Notes: a model not told the origin generated them from the letters alone. A stretch of 64,000 nt of DNA from Cyanidioschyzon merolae (GCA_000091205.1 AP006494.2), one strand, 5' to 3'; positions 1 through 11,156 are shown, counted from the stretch's first letter. Numbers and translations: made by a program.

Positions 1-2
1 GA

Positions 3-410
3 AGCTGGCTCTCGTTCCAGCCGAAGCAAAGCTCTCCCGAGGGCGGCGGATTCCTGCCGAGCGACCCGGCTGCCGAGACTCCGCACAGTGCGCGCTTTGG
101 AAAGAAGCTATGGCTACTGCACCAACACTATCGCGAGCAGCTGGCATGTCTGGTCGATCACTCAGCCAGCAGCAGCAGCAGCAGCATCAGCAGCAGCACC
201 AGCACCGGCAGTAGTGCCGGCCCCAGCGTTGCACCGACACTCGACTCGCTTCCCGATCATCTGGAACATTTGCGCATTCGAGTGCAACAGGCCTCTCGTT
301 ATCCGGACGATATCCTCTACGCCTTTTTACCCGTCAAAAAGAAGACTGCGGCAGCGTTCCGGCTCGCAGACCACCCGGTCACGGTACCAGCACCCGACTC
401 GCTATCGTAG
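3..410 (+). CDS. Possible 3' end of an upstream gene that starts before the window. Frame 3 is open from nt 3 to a TAG at about 408-410 and reads ...DDILYAFLPVKKKTAAAFRLADHPVTVPAPDSLS*. No recognisable family.
   Basis: Manual translation of frame 3: the frame is open and the composition is protein-like. Frame 1 is also open here (the 88..414 ORF), so the choice of frame is uncertain. Confidence 0.2.
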   Translation, partial: SWLSFQPKQSSPEGGGFLPSDPAAETPHSARFGKKLWLLHQHYREQLACLVDHSASSSSSSISSSTSTGSSAGPSVAPTLDSLPDHLEHLRIRVQQASRYPDDILYAFLPVKKKTAAAFRLADHPVTVPAPDSLS

Positions 411-945
411 TTGACGGGTATGGGGCTACTTGGGCATCCTGAACGATAGCAACTTTTGCGTACCCTTAAACTTGGTTCAGCTTTGCGTCGCTGTCACTCG
501 CTGTGCAGTATAGTGCGCATGCTTCCCCAGACGCGTTAAATAAGCAAGCAAGCGAGCAAGCAACACTCGAATAGTCACGATCGCACGTGTGCAAGCGGTT
601 GCGTCAACATTCAGAAACCCCAGCTCGGGTTTTTATATGATGTTCGTGCTCGCGTTGAAAGCGCTCGTTTCACGTCAACCGACCTCGGCAGCGAAGCGCG
701 CTTCAGTCCCCAAGCCCACTCGTACTCAGCCATTCATCCAACTCATCGTGTTTGCTAAGGACTACCGACGTAGAAACGACACTGATTCCATAGCGATCCG
801 CATCTTCTGGTCACGAATCGTGGCACTGAGTCAAAGAAAGCACACTCGAGCTGCTGGAAGCGAAACGTACCGGGTGCTGTTGTCCTCAGAGGCTTGGGCG
901 CGTGCGTAGCGACCGCTCAACAACCCCTGTTTCTTCTCCTTCTTC

Positions 946-3900
946 TTGGATGCTGCTGGACAGCCGTTCCACTCAATTCACAATCCGAACTCGTTTGTTC
1001 GTTTGTTGGAGTGCATGAATGACGCGCTTTATTTTCTCTACCAGCATACGAGTAGCTTTGAAAAGTTAACGGACTATGAACCAGCGGTGCTGGTCGAGGC
1101 GTCACCACTGGAGCCGTACCAGACCCTGGCTCCAGCGGACGTCGAGCTGGACTTTGCTGTACTGGTTCCCGAGGCTTGTGCTCGGCTCTGGGGCTGGCCA
1201 CGAAACACCCTTGTCTCGGTAAACGGTAAACACTGGGCGTATGTGGAACTCGTAGAAAGCGAGGTGCAGCATTCGACGCAACCGGCACAGGTCTGGTTGA
1301 CGCAACCGCTCTGGTGGACGCTGCACCACAGCGACGACGACGATGAGGTACCGTGTCCAACGACTCGTCGTTGCTGGTTGAGTCTCCGTCAAGCAGCGCG
1401 TTATGAACCGATCCGCTGGCGACTAGGAAGCGTGCCGGCGACTCGGGTCGTTGCGGAAGCAGTTCCTCGCGCAAAGCGTGTACGCGTGGCGGTCATCAAC
1501 GACGGTAGGATCAGGGACCTCGACGCTGAGGTCGCATCAGCGCTCGTACAAGCGGCATTTCGTCGATTCATAACCGAACGAGCACCTCATAGACCGCTCT
1601 TGCTCAAGGTCGGGGATGTGCTGGCGGTGCCGTTGCCCGCCTTTGCTGAGCCCGAACGGCAAGCGCAGACTCGCGCGGACTCCAGTGAGGTGCCCTGTCG
1701 AGCCGCTGCACCAGGCACGGAATTCGTGCAGCACTCGCTTACCAGCTGGTTCGAGTCCATTCATCGCCCGGTATTCTATACACGGGTTATGGCGGTGGAT
1801 GCTGACGATGACGCTGCTGCCTCGGTATCGACGTCGTCACTGCAGAAGATCGTCAGCGACCTCGGTGCAGCTGTCGATGCCGATCGAACTCGACTGCTGC
1901 AGGAGGCGCACCTTCCCGGACAGACTGTCTATCCGCTGCGGAATCGTTGGCATCTCCGAGCTCGAGCCTGGGAGAGAATGCTCTTCGAGCAGGCACTGGA
2001 GCCGCTGAACAAGTTGAAACAGGTGCTGGACGCGAGCCTCGCATGGATGCGTTCACCGGGTAGCGAGTCGAGCAGCAAGCGGGGTGCCCCAGGCCCACCG
2101 CTCTCCGTTTTGGCGGTGCTCGTGTATGGAAATCGGCCACTTCAGACGTTGTGGACGTGTTTGCAGGAACTGAATGCCTGGGGTATGCATTTATGTGAAA
2201 TCGATTGCGCACTGCTAATGCCGGCAGGTGTCGCAGACCGGACACCCGCGAGCGCTTCCAACTCGAGGGCGACGGCAACGCTGGACCCGTGGCAAACGCT
2301 GTTAGCTCATTTGCGACTGGCAGAGGAGCGGTGGCGAGACGCCTGGCCTGCTGTCCTGTTTCTGTCTCGCTTTGACGTTCTGGTGCGACTTGTATCACCG
2401 GGCGCTTTGGAGCAGGGCGTCAACGTGGAGGTGCAACGCGCACTGCTGGCAACGCTGCGGCGTCTGCTGGGCGATCGCACCTGGTACATAGACACGGCAA
2501 GCGTAGGTAGCAGCTCGACGAAGCCACCGCTGACCCGTTCGGTGTCCGGAGTGGTGCATCACGGAATGCGCTCAGAGACGGTAAGTGGACAGGTTAGGCG
2601 CTGGTTGGTGTTTGTGGATGTTTCAGCGACGACGTTGACGCCGGCGGATTTGCCTGCATCCTTGCGGGGTTTACTGACCGCTGCTTTGGAGACGCCTCCA
2701 GTGACGCGGTTGGAAGTTGTACGGGCGCTTGAGCGTACGCTGGTGCATGAATTGGGCACCAGCATTCCGTTTGGCGACGCTTTCCGCCGCAGACTGGGGG
2801 CAGCGCTTGCCGATATCCAGACCTGGAGAGAGTCGGAAGCGTTGGCCTTGCTTCGGCGTTTGGCGGGTCGTTTGCAGGTGGCCTCTGTGAACGGCACCCC
2901 GGCGCCAGGCGATATCGAGCAGTACATTACGTTGGTTGCTGATAGTGCGCGCTTCTTCCAGCGGATGCGAATGGCGGTTACTGTGGGGATTCCCAGTGTA
3001 CCACAGGTCCGCTGGACCGATATCGGTGGACTCGAGGCCGCCAAGGAGGAAGTCCGCACCCTCTTGGGATCAGGTCCGGGATTCTCGTCGTCGTCGTCGT
3101 CAGCAGCAGCAGCAGCAGCGGGGAGACGGCTACCTCGTCGATCAGGGATTCTGTTTTACGGACCTCCGGGGACGGGTAAAACGCTGTTGGCCAAGGCGAT
3201 AGCAAGCGCGTGCGGATGTGCATTTATTAGTGTCAAGGGACCCGAACTCATGAATATGTATATTGGCGAAAGCGAGCGGAATATTCGGGAGATTTTCACG
3301 AGAGCCCGACAAAGCGCGCCTTGTGTCATTTTCTTTGACGAACTCGATAGCATTGCGCCTCGACGGGGTGCTGGCAGTGACTCGGGAGGCGTCTCTGATC
3401 GCATGGTTGCCCAGCTGCTCGCGGAAATCGATGCTTGTCAGATGAGCAGTCGTCCAGGTCGACTTGCATCCGTGGCAACGGTGCTTGGGGCAGCCGTCGA
3501 TGATGCAGCAGCAGCAGCAGCAGCAGTGGATACGTCGGCTTCGCGGCCCACAGCGGCGGTATTTGTCCTTGGTGCTACCAATCGACCCGATTTGTTGGAT
3601 CCAGCGCTCTTACGACCTGGTCGCTTCGAGCGCTTGGTATATATCGGTGCCCCGTCGACGATGGCGGAGAAGCTTCAGGTCTTGGAAGCGCTCACCTCGA
3701 AGTTTCAGCTCGCACCGGATGTGGATCTCCAGCAGGTTCTTGCTTCTGCACCTCCCGTGCTCACTGGAGCAGACCTGTACGGGCTTGCGGCGCAGGCGTG
3801 GGTACGTGCTGCAAAACGAACCCTTGCTGAAAGCACGCTCGGAAATGCGTACAGGGACCTCATGAAACGACTTGTTGGTGACAGCGACCAGCGCGGTAGT

Positions 3901-4239
3901 TCAGAGGCCGCATCGAATGGTGCTACCACTGCCACTGCTGCTGCTGCTGAAACTACTGGAGATGCTGCGACATCGACCAGGTTGTCTACGACGTCCGCAA
4001 ACGGTAGCGAGCCGGTATCTAGCGTCGCAGACGCCTCCTCGGAGACCGTAACACCGCTGGTGATCGTACGGCAGGAGGATTTGCTGGAAGCAGCGCTTCA
4101 AGCGACCAGCTCAGTGAGTTCCACGGACCTGCAGCGCTACCGGGAGCTGTTTGAGCGCTTTACCACCTCGAATCGAAACGATGTTGCCTCATGGGATGGG
4201 AACCTGGATGCCGTCACCGCCACCGCGACGCAACCCTGA
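946..4239 (+). CDS. PEX6: Peroxisomal biogenesis AAA ATPase of the peroxin 6 type, 1097 aa. The single canonical AAA module (D2) contains GILFYGPPGTGKTLLAKAIA, the Walker B stretch VIFFDELDSIAP, and an SRH region reading GATNRPDLLDPALLRPGRFE. An upstream degenerate D1 reads VLVYGNRPLQT.
   Basis: Walker A, Walker B and SRH motifs are read directly from the ORF translation. The stretch GPELMNMYIGESERNIREIF is close to the PEX6 signature GPELLNMYIGESE. The two-ring layout with a degenerate D1 is typical of PEX6 and PEX1, and PEX1 is not fully excluded. Confidence 0.8.
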   Translation: MDAAGQPFHSIHNPNSFVRLLECMNDALYFLYQHTSSFEKLTDYEPAVLVEASPLEPYQTLAPADVELDFAVLVPEACARLWGWPRNTLVSVNGKHWAYVELVESEVQHSTQPAQVWLTQPLWWTLHHSDDDDEVPCPTTRRCWLSLRQAARYEPIRWRLGSVPATRVVAEAVPRAKRVRVAVINDGRIRDLDAEVASALVQAAFRRFITERAPHRPLLLKVGDVLAVPLPAFAEPERQAQTRADSSEVPCRAAAPGTEFVQHSLTSWFESIHRPVFYTRVMAVDADDDAAASVSTSSLQKIVSDLGAAVDADRTRLLQEAHLPGQTVYPLRNRWHLRARAWERMLFEQALEPLNKLKQVLDASLAWMRSPGSESSSKRGAPGPPLSVLAVLVYGNRPLQTLWTCLQELNAWGMHLCEIDCALLMPAGVADRTPASASNSRATATLDPWQTLLAHLRLAEERWRDAWPAVLFLSRFDVLVRLVSPGALEQGVNVEVQRALLATLRRLLGDRTWYIDTASVGSSSTKPPLTRSVSGVVHHGMRSETVSGQVRRWLVFVDVSATTLTPADLPASLRGLLTAALETPPVTRLEVVRALERTLVHELGTSIPFGDAFRRRLGAALADIQTWRESEALALLRRLAGRLQVASVNGTPAPGDIEQYITLVADSARFFQRMRMAVTVGIPSVPQVRWTDIGGLEAAKEEVRTLLGSGPGFSSSSSSAAAAAAGRRLPRRSGILFYGPPGTGKTLLAKAIASACGCAFISVKGPELMNMYIGESERNIREIFTRARQSAPCVIFFDELDSIAPRRGAGSDSGGVSDRMVAQLLAEIDACQMSSRPGRLASVATVLGAAVDDAAAAAAAVDTSASRPTAAVFVLGATNRPDLLDPALLRPGRFERLVYIGAPSTMAEKLQVLEALTSKFQLAPDVDLQQVLASAPPVLTGADLYGLAAQAWVRAAKRTLAESTLGNAYRDLMKRLVGDSDQRGSSEAASNGATTATAAAAETTGDAATSTRLSTTSANGSEPVSSVADASSETVTPLVIVRQEDLLEAALQATSSVSSTDLQRYRELFERFTTSNRNDVASWDGNLDAVTATATQP

Positions 4240-4599
4240 ATATGCGTCCAGCTGAGAGTCCGGAGCGTTCTGGGCGAACACTCCGGATGACTCAATGCAC
4301 GGCGATGGACGTGGTGCGCTCGCTGCTGACTTGTCGCTCACGCAGCAGCGACAAGTCACGAGAAAACCCTCCATGAACGCACTGCATGATACTCGCGGAA
4401 TCGAGGCCAGCAACTGCGGTCTGGTATCGTTTGGCTAGTGCGCGCTGCTGCCCGCTCTTGCGTCTTCTCCCGTGGGTTACACTCGTATCCGATGAACATG
4501 GGAGAATAAACAGCCCGCCCGGTACCTGCCTAGCCACGGGGTTTTGGGCTTGTGTCGATGTACAGATTGCCTAGTCGAGGTGCAGCGATAATGTATCAC

Positions 4600-4624
4600 G
4601 GATTCACGTGTTTTTCTAGGATTC
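4600..4624. repeat. Copy 1 of a recurring intergenic motif: ggattcacgtgtttttctaggattc, with two GGATTC half-sites about 19 nt apart.
   Basis: Compared by eye with the copies at 12816-12841 and 41277-41302. Confidence 0.4.
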
Positions 4625-6395
4625 TGAATCGACTCTGCATGGTTCCATTGACGTTTTTCTCCATATCTTCGATCGTTCCGTTCGAGAGCAACGCTTAGGC
4701 GCAGTCACAAGCGCTGCTGGATCGTCGAGTATCCATGATCGACGTCATTTTCTGAGGCTTGCTTCATACGATCATGTCAGCGGATCACTGAACATGTTAC
4801 GATGAATCATTGATCCGCCTCGAAAGGCCAATGAATCGGTATTCGTGGCCATGCAGCAGGAGCAGCAGTGGGATACTTTGCATACACCATGCATCCGGAG
4901 GCTCCCGTCTCTTCTGGTTGCATAGAAATGGGCCTTGGAGTTTCATCTTCGCAGCAACGGTGTTTCGTGGAGCGTTCGTCAACGCTCTGGATGACGGGGC
5001 ATAGACGGATCGAATTCGTCGATTGCTTCTCCAATCTGGATTTTACGTGCGGTACTCGTTTCATCGTGGACAACATCGCGTTTCGTGATTGCTTTGTCGA
5101 ATGGAACAGCGTGCACATGCGTCTCCGGTAGACAGCGTACTCGCACTGGGAATCGTCAAGCACGAGCTTGTGATCCCCCGGTGTCTGGCATTGTGTGCAG
5201 CAGCAACGGAAACCAGCATCAAATTGTATCACCTGTATGTGTCAAGGGCATGTACCGAGCGATGAAGCAAGCATGGACGCGCCGCAGTGCTCCAACCGGA
5301 CCAAGAGGTGTGATATTCATTCGGGGAACCGGTAACCGCTGTGAAATGTCACCGCTTTGAGACGCGCGCTAAACCTGCATACAAAGACAGCGTGATCCCC
5401 GGGGAAGCGAAGCGTAGATCGACATGACGCGCTGCGCGTGAAACGCTCGAACAACATCCCAAAGTGGCGACACACGAAGCTGGAGCGCCAAGAGCAACCA
5501 GCACATATAAAGCCGCAGAAACGAGTGAGGACAAGGACGCAGTCTCAGATCAAGCATGCCAACACTGGTGTACACCACGATAATGAACGACGAGACGCAA
5601 TCTTAAGCGTCGACGCTCGAGTCAGAGGAGCATCTCCACGCAACGCGGACACGGGGTGCAGGACTAGGAATCCGATCTACAGTAGAGATCGAGCCAGCGA
5701 ACTGTACCTCGGTAGCGTACCCATATCACCTGATGCTTTCGAGTTGGTACAGCTTACCGAATCACGAGCAATCTCTTAGGATGGTATGCTGCAGCTATGC
5801 GGTGCGTCGACGCCGCGCCCCCGAACGCAGTACCCCGACAGACGGCCAAGCACAGGCGCGTGTTTCTCTCCGGGTAGGTTTGCGTCTTGGCATATAAGAC
5901 GCGATCAGGGCCAAGTCTAGGTAACGGAGCGTACATCCGTTTTCGATGCTATCGAGTACAACGTGTCCAAATGGACACATGATTCCCGCAGATGACGCGC
6001 AACTGGGACACTGATGAATACGAGCGGCCGGCCTGATGCTCCCGCAAGGCGCCACGCTTCCGACAACTCGCTTTCGTATGCGCAAGCACGCGCGCATGCA
6101 CCCTTTCAACACCCTGGAGCGCCATACCCGCCTCCATACGCCCGAGTGATGCTCCAAAGCGCCGCCTTGCCTCATCTCTACTGCACGCTTCGTCATCCGG
6201 TGCAGTGCGCCTCCAATATCGTGCGACGGTAGGCGCAGAGAAAGCGCCAGTGATCGCTGGCAAACACCAGCGCGCCGTTCCCTGTGGACGCACCACACAC
6301 TGCCGCTCGACAACGTTACCTCCATAATGCTGAGCTGCAGCCGCATCGATGGAGGCATCTCGAATCCCGGTGTGCATCCGCGCCTGTACAACGGA

Positions 6396-9300
6396 TCATT
6401 TGCGTCGCTCAGCATCGCGTATGACGTGGAGCGGCGATTCGACGAGAGCGGCAACATGCCAGAGTAACCGATGCGAGACGGTGCTCGCGAGCTCCTGCTT
6501 TGTCCATCCATCGCCGGTACCCGCGCTTGCAGCGGATTCGTCTCCAGGGGATGTTGTGAGCAGGCGCAGGCTCGTGGCACTAGCACGCTGCATAGCGTCG
6601 AGGTTCGCGTCTCGTCCGGTGCCGGACTCGAGAACCTGAACCAGTGCCGCCGACAATACGCCGATAAGGGCCAAAAATTCCGCAGCCCAGGGAATCGCTT
6701 CCTCTGTCGACTGCGACGACTCGGAGTCAGCATCGCGAACGTGCATCATTGCGGCTTCGCGTTCAGTGTACAGCCAGCAGCCCAAACCGTGGAGCAACAC
6801 AAGATCTTGAGCGTTCTCCACTGACAGGACGCGCCAGCGAAGGAAAATATACAGGATCCAAAGCGCCAGCAGTTGCACGCGACTGAACGGCGGTGCGTTC
6901 CAGAGGATTCGCAGCCAGAAACACCACGGCGATGCGGCGGGCTCGCCGCCAGCCACCGCACCCGTCACGACTCGCAGCGCGTGGAGCGTGGACGCACGTC
7001 GGACGGTGCTCGCAGCGCCAATGATCGCTACGAAACCCAGGCAACCGACAAGCACGAGTTCCTGGCACGGCGAGCGAGCATCGTGATCCTGTCCGCTGAC
7101 CTGCTGCAGCCAGGATGCGACACTGCGTCCCATGTGACCTAGATACGCACTGGCGCGTTCTGCAGCATCGCCAGCATCAGCGTCGGTCTGCACCAGCGTC
7201 AACGCCAACGCCTGCATCGCGGAGAGCGCGGATAGCAGGTCTGCAGGTCCGAGTGCGTACTCGCTGGCAGCAAGTTCGCACAGATGCGCAGCAAGATCGC
7301 TTCGAGACGATACCAGTTGAGAAGTGCCCGCCGGGTGTGCAGCGCGGCGAACGCGCTGCCGCAGCTCATCCCAGAGCAGTGCACCAGCAACCCGAACCAG
7401 TGCCATACGCCTCGCGTAATCCTGTCGATGCAGGGTGTCGGGTACCTGCAGCGGTCTCGCGTCCGGTGCTCCCGGTCTATCCAGTGACGCGTGCAACCCA
7501 CTGAGAAGCCAAGGTAGTACTTGGCTTCGATGGATTGCATCCATGAGCGCTTGTGTTTCGGAGGCGTTCGGGCACTGGCCTGGCAGCGACCTGAACCACG
7601 CATCGGCGAACTGAACGAAGCGAGCGCGATCGTTGGTACGCAGCGTCAGCAACAGCACCTGGCGCCAGTGCCGCCATGGCGCCGCTCGCTGACGAATCGC
7701 AGCAGCGATCGCGTGAACGCGCCAGCTTTCCGAGACCGCTTCCGTGGCCTCGGATGACGTTGCCATCATCCATTCGTGCAGCGGCACCTGCTCGAGCAGC
7801 CACGACACAAGGTTCACCGGCAAGCGACTACCTGCCCAATGCATCCACAGAAAAATGACGTTGTCTTTCCAGGTCGTTTGCGCGGACTGTCCGCGCACCT
7901 CTGTACCTGGAAACAGATCTGCGCTGGTCTCTGGCATTCGCGATACGCTGAGCGCATCCAGCCAGTCGAAGAGTTCCGGTTGCCGACCAGCGAAGCATTT
8001 GTGGAAGCGCTGGCTACCTGTTGGCTGCGCGAGGACGGAACGCACAGCTTGGCGAGCGCGCTTCTCCAGAAGCGTCCGCTGAACCTGCGCATACCAGGCA
8101 AGTGGTGTGCACGGAACCGATGGACTCGACGCCGCAGTGTATCCCAGCAAGGTCCGCATCGCTGCCAACGACTCGACCAGCGCCTCGCCGGTCACGAATG
8201 ACGAGGCAGCGTCGCCCGTGGACGCGTCGTCGTCGTCGTCGTCGTGTAGCAGTACACGCCTTGGCGTCCTTGCTTCGTCTTCCGAGCACACCACCGGTAG
8301 CACTGCTTCGTAACGAATGCACGGCAGATTGCAAAGGCATCGCATCAAGGAATGCAGCACGGAAGCAATGGCCGGCAGCAGCTCTGTTCTGGACGGCTCC
8401 GTGTGCAGCGCCAGGAACGAGATGCGCCACAGCAGTATTGGATGCTGGGCAGCGCGAATCAGACGATGGCATTCTTCGAGATTCTTTCCGAGCGGTTGCA
8501 GGATTGGCCAGATCCGGATGAGCCACCAGCACCAGAGCCGCGGCGCGACGCTCGTCTGTGCGCATGAAAATACGTGGTTGTTGTTGTTGTCGTCGTCGTC
8601 GCCGCCGACATCACCACCAGCACCACCATCACCATCATCATCAACAATGTCGTCATGCTGGTCGTCGTCGTCGTCGTCGACTGCTGGCATCCGACCGGTG
8701 GCGTGGCGTTCACGGACTCGACGCTGGTGCTCGCGGTGTCGCGTGCTGGCTGCCGGAGACGGGCCCTGCTCGCCGCTAGCGTCGAGCGCAGTCACGGTAC
8801 CAGTGTCCGCGAATCCACTCGCTTCGACGGCTGCGCGATGGAGCACGCAAGTCGGCAGCGTCTCAACGATAAACGAGCGAGCAAGCGCAGCGCTCCCGGA
8901 AGCAGCGGACGCAACTTGTGCTGCGCTCTCAACCAGGTCGCGGAACTTGTCGCATGCGTACAAGGTCTCCAACAAAGATCTCCCCTGATCAGCACCGATA
9001 CCACGTTGCAGTTGCTGGAGCAGGCACGACGCAAAAACCCTTTCCTGGTCGGCTGCCGGGCACCTGGTGCATTCGGCGATGCGCAGGCGCTGGGCCAAGG
9101 CTCCGAACATCCCGCGCAGCGCGTGCCTGATGGGCGCCGAGCATCCGATGCCGGCGCGCTGCCGCTGTTGGGACAAGTCGCTCACCAGTGCCGCAAACTG
9201 GCGAATGACCTGTTCGTGACAGGGTATGCCTGTAGTCTTGACCAGTTTTCGGAGCACGGTCAGCAGTTCGAGCAGAAATCGCGATTGCTGTTGGTGCACG

Positions 9301-11156
9301 CCCCTGGAAATGCTCCAGCCTGGAGCTCGACAGCCATGCTCGTCAAGAAGTTTGCTCGCATGATGGCAGCACAGTGTGAACAGGAGCGTTGATCGACTAG
9401 AGAGTTCTTCCGACGGGAGTACCGCGCAAACCTGGAAGCAGGCGCGGAGTCGCAACTGACTTGAATCGCTCGTCACGAGACGCCCCGGCTGGGGTGCGTC
9501 TTGCGTCCAGCGTCGCGATGACAGCGGCGATGCCCAGGTTTGCCCGGCGGGTCCGCGCGCTGCGTCACCGTACGCGAGCGAGGCGCCCGGTTGGACCGCG
9601 ATCCCGGCATCCGCTGGTAACTGACGGTCACCGGATTTCTTTTCCAGGACTGCACCGTCACAGCAAATGCATTCTACCACATAGTCCGCGAAGCCGGAAA
9701 TGCGCAACGCCTCTGCGTCTTCCCAAAGGACGGCGTTCTCGTCGGCAGAGCGCACTGCGGCTGCGAGGACGCGCCCCAGCACCTGCAGCATGCCACGCAA
9801 GGAGCGCAACGCGAGGAGATTCAGCTCGAGGAAGTACGGCTGTGCGATGCATCGTTTCAAAAAATCCGACCATGGCGCCGACAAGGCGACCCGTCGCCAC
9901 CCGACGAATAGGTTCTCGGAATGCATTCGAGGTTGCACCTTAGCTATGCGCTGACACATGACGCTCGACATGGAGAGCACATTGGCGGCGTCGGCTGAGC
10001 AGGCACACCGCAGCGCTCGATGTGACACGAGTTGCATCAGTCGAGTGCAACATGAAAGCGCCGTCTCGGGGCTCATATACGCTCCCAGAGCTTGCATGAG
10101 CAGGCGCATGGTGTATAAGACACGCGTCGTCGCATTCGCCGCCTCGATGGCGGTTTCCCGATCTTGGCTACACTGAAGAAGCAGCTCGTGATCGAGGAAG
10201 GCGAGCAGCGCCTCAAACGCATCACGGCAAACGGTTCCGAGACGCTCGCGCCAACTAGCTGAATCAGAGACGGGCCCGGTGACGGCCGCTCGATAACCAA
10301 AACGGCACTGCTGCATTGCGACTAGCGGCTGACCAGCCTTCTCCCGGCACTGGGCGACTGCCACAAAGAATTGCAGAAAAGCACGCATCTCATGCCATAC
10401 GCCGTCCAGGCTGGCACAATGATGAGCAACCCCAACGAGGTATACGGTTTCCAGGGTGGAGGCGTCACCTTCAGGCCGCGCTCTCGAAATCTGCTGTGTG
10501 CATTTGGACGTGACGCAGCATCCGCTCATGGCGTTGTGAAGGTCAAACGCCCGGCTCGTGATCTGACAGAGCACCTGCAGAAGCGACGTGGTCAGGGCCC
10601 TCTGGCGACTGCTCGGTTTCAACGCTCGCTGCGTGGCCTGCTCCATTGGCGGCGGATTTGGTGCAAGCTCGGCACTGCCAGCAGCTACCGCAGTTGCGAT
10701 GCCATGAATCAGATACGCCAGCGCCTCGCCAAGCGCCGTGGCAGTAGCAGCAGCAGCAGCAGCAGCAGCCATGGAACCCTGCGACATCCCCAACGTGCCA
10801 TCCAAACCAGCAGGCGACTCGAGGAGCTCTAACCAGTCCAGGGCATACTGCAGCCTTGTCGCTGCACCCCGGTGATGCTCATCGGCGAGCACACGCACGA
10901 AGCACACAACACAGGGCTGTGCAGGCGCCAACGATCTTGAGCGCGAACGTGCAGCTCTTTCCAAGATCAGCCAACGACTTGGCTCTCCTGGATGCAACTT
11001 TTCGCACTCGTTCGAGTGGCTTTCCATCGAAGAAACCCCAGCGAAGTTTGATGTGTTTGTGAAAGCAACCCGACACAAAGACCTGCAATGACACGAGCGC
11101 GTACACACTCCAGAAATGCGTGCATGGAATACAAAACAAAGTCTGCAGCGCAGCAC
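6396..11156 (-). CDS. Large 1586-aa protein of unknown function. It is rich in Leu, Ala and Cys and probably all alpha-helical-repeat. It has an internal polyacidic stretch (DDDDDDQHDDIVDDDGDGGAGGDVGGDDDDNNNN), a second Asp run, and a poly-Ala/Ser stretch.
   Basis: A single uninterrupted 4.76-kb ORF in GC-rich DNA, which is extremely unlikely by chance. I recognise no catalytic motif. The antisense + ORFs inside it (8317..8988 and 8574..9392) are low-complexity artefacts. Confidence 0.7.
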   Translation of the reverse strand: MLRCRLCFVFHARISGVCTRSCHCRSLCRVAFTNTSNFAGVSSMESHSNECEKLHPGEPSRWLILERAARSRSRSLAPAQPCVVCFVRVLADEHHRGAATRLQYALDWLELLESPAGLDGTLGMSQGSMAAAAAAAATATALGEALAYLIHGIATAVAAGSAELAPNPPPMEQATQRALKPSSRQRALTTSLLQVLCQITSRAFDLHNAMSGCCVTSKCTQQISRARPEGDASTLETVYLVGVAHHCASLDGVWHEMRAFLQFFVAVAQCREKAGQPLVAMQQCRFGYRAAVTGPVSDSASWRERLGTVCRDAFEALLAFLDHELLLQCSQDRETAIEAANATTRVLYTMRLLMQALGAYMSPETALSCCTRLMQLVSHRALRCACSADAANVLSMSSVMCQRIAKVQPRMHSENLFVGWRRVALSAPWSDFLKRCIAQPYFLELNLLALRSLRGMLQVLGRVLAAAVRSADENAVLWEDAEALRISGFADYVVECICCDGAVLEKKSGDRQLPADAGIAVQPGASLAYGDAARGPAGQTWASPLSSRRWTQDAPQPGRLVTSDSSQLRLRACFQVCAVLPSEELSSRSTLLFTLCCHHASKLLDEHGCRAPGWSISRGVHQQQSRFLLELLTVLRKLVKTTGIPCHEQVIRQFAALVSDLSQQRQRAGIGCSAPIRHALRGMFGALAQRLRIAECTRCPAADQERVFASCLLQQLQRGIGADQGRSLLETLYACDKFRDLVESAAQVASAASGSAALARSFIVETLPTCVLHRAAVEASGFADTGTVTALDASGEQGPSPAASTRHREHQRRVRERHATGRMPAVDDDDDDQHDDIVDDDGDGGAGGDVGGDDDDNNNNHVFSCAQTSVAPRLWCWWLIRIWPILQPLGKNLEECHRLIRAAQHPILLWRISFLALHTEPSRTELLPAIASVLHSLMRCLCNLPCIRYEAVLPVVCSEDEARTPRRVLLHDDDDDDASTGDAASSFVTGEALVESLAAMRTLLGYTAASSPSVPCTPLAWYAQVQRTLLEKRARQAVRSVLAQPTGSQRFHKCFAGRQPELFDWLDALSVSRMPETSADLFPGTEVRGQSAQTTWKDNVIFLWMHWAGSRLPVNLVSWLLEQVPLHEWMMATSSEATEAVSESWRVHAIAAAIRQRAAPWRHWRQVLLLTLRTNDRARFVQFADAWFRSLPGQCPNASETQALMDAIHRSQVLPWLLSGLHASLDRPGAPDARPLQVPDTLHRQDYARRMALVRVAGALLWDELRQRVRRAAHPAGTSQLVSSRSDLAAHLCELAASEYALGPADLLSALSAMQALALTLVQTDADAGDAAERASAYLGHMGRSVASWLQQVSGQDHDARSPCQELVLVGCLGFVAIIGAASTVRRASTLHALRVVTGAVAGGEPAASPWCFWLRILWNAPPFSRVQLLALWILYIFLRWRVLSVENAQDLVLLHGLGCWLYTEREAAMMHVRDADSESSQSTEEAIPWAAEFLALIGVLSAALVQVLESGTGRDANLDAMQRASATSLRLLTTSPGDESAASAGTGDGWTKQELASTVSHRLLWHVAALVESPLHVIRDAERRK
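8578..8690 (-). repeat. Coding trinucleotide tract inside the 1586-aa gene. On the + strand it reads (GTT)n(GTC)n(GCC)n...(ATC/ACC)n(GTC)n and encodes the Asp/Asn/Gly-rich acidic insert.
   Basis: Directly visible. A second (GTC)7 tract lies at 8226-8247. Confidence 0.85.

Noticed and set aside
5795-6733. A 312-aa minus ORF at the 3' end of the large gene
   Set aside because: It is Arg/Cys/Ser-rich, which is the typical alternative-frame composition of GC-rich DNA. It overlaps the C-terminus of the 1586-aa gene in another frame and has no motif.
8317-9392. The + strand ORFs 8317..8988 (223 aa) and 8574..9392 (272 aa)
   Set aside because: They are antisense to the 1586-aa minus-strand gene. 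Their translations are homopolymeric (VVVVVVVV, SSSSSPPTSPP) and simply mirror the coding trinucleotide tracts.
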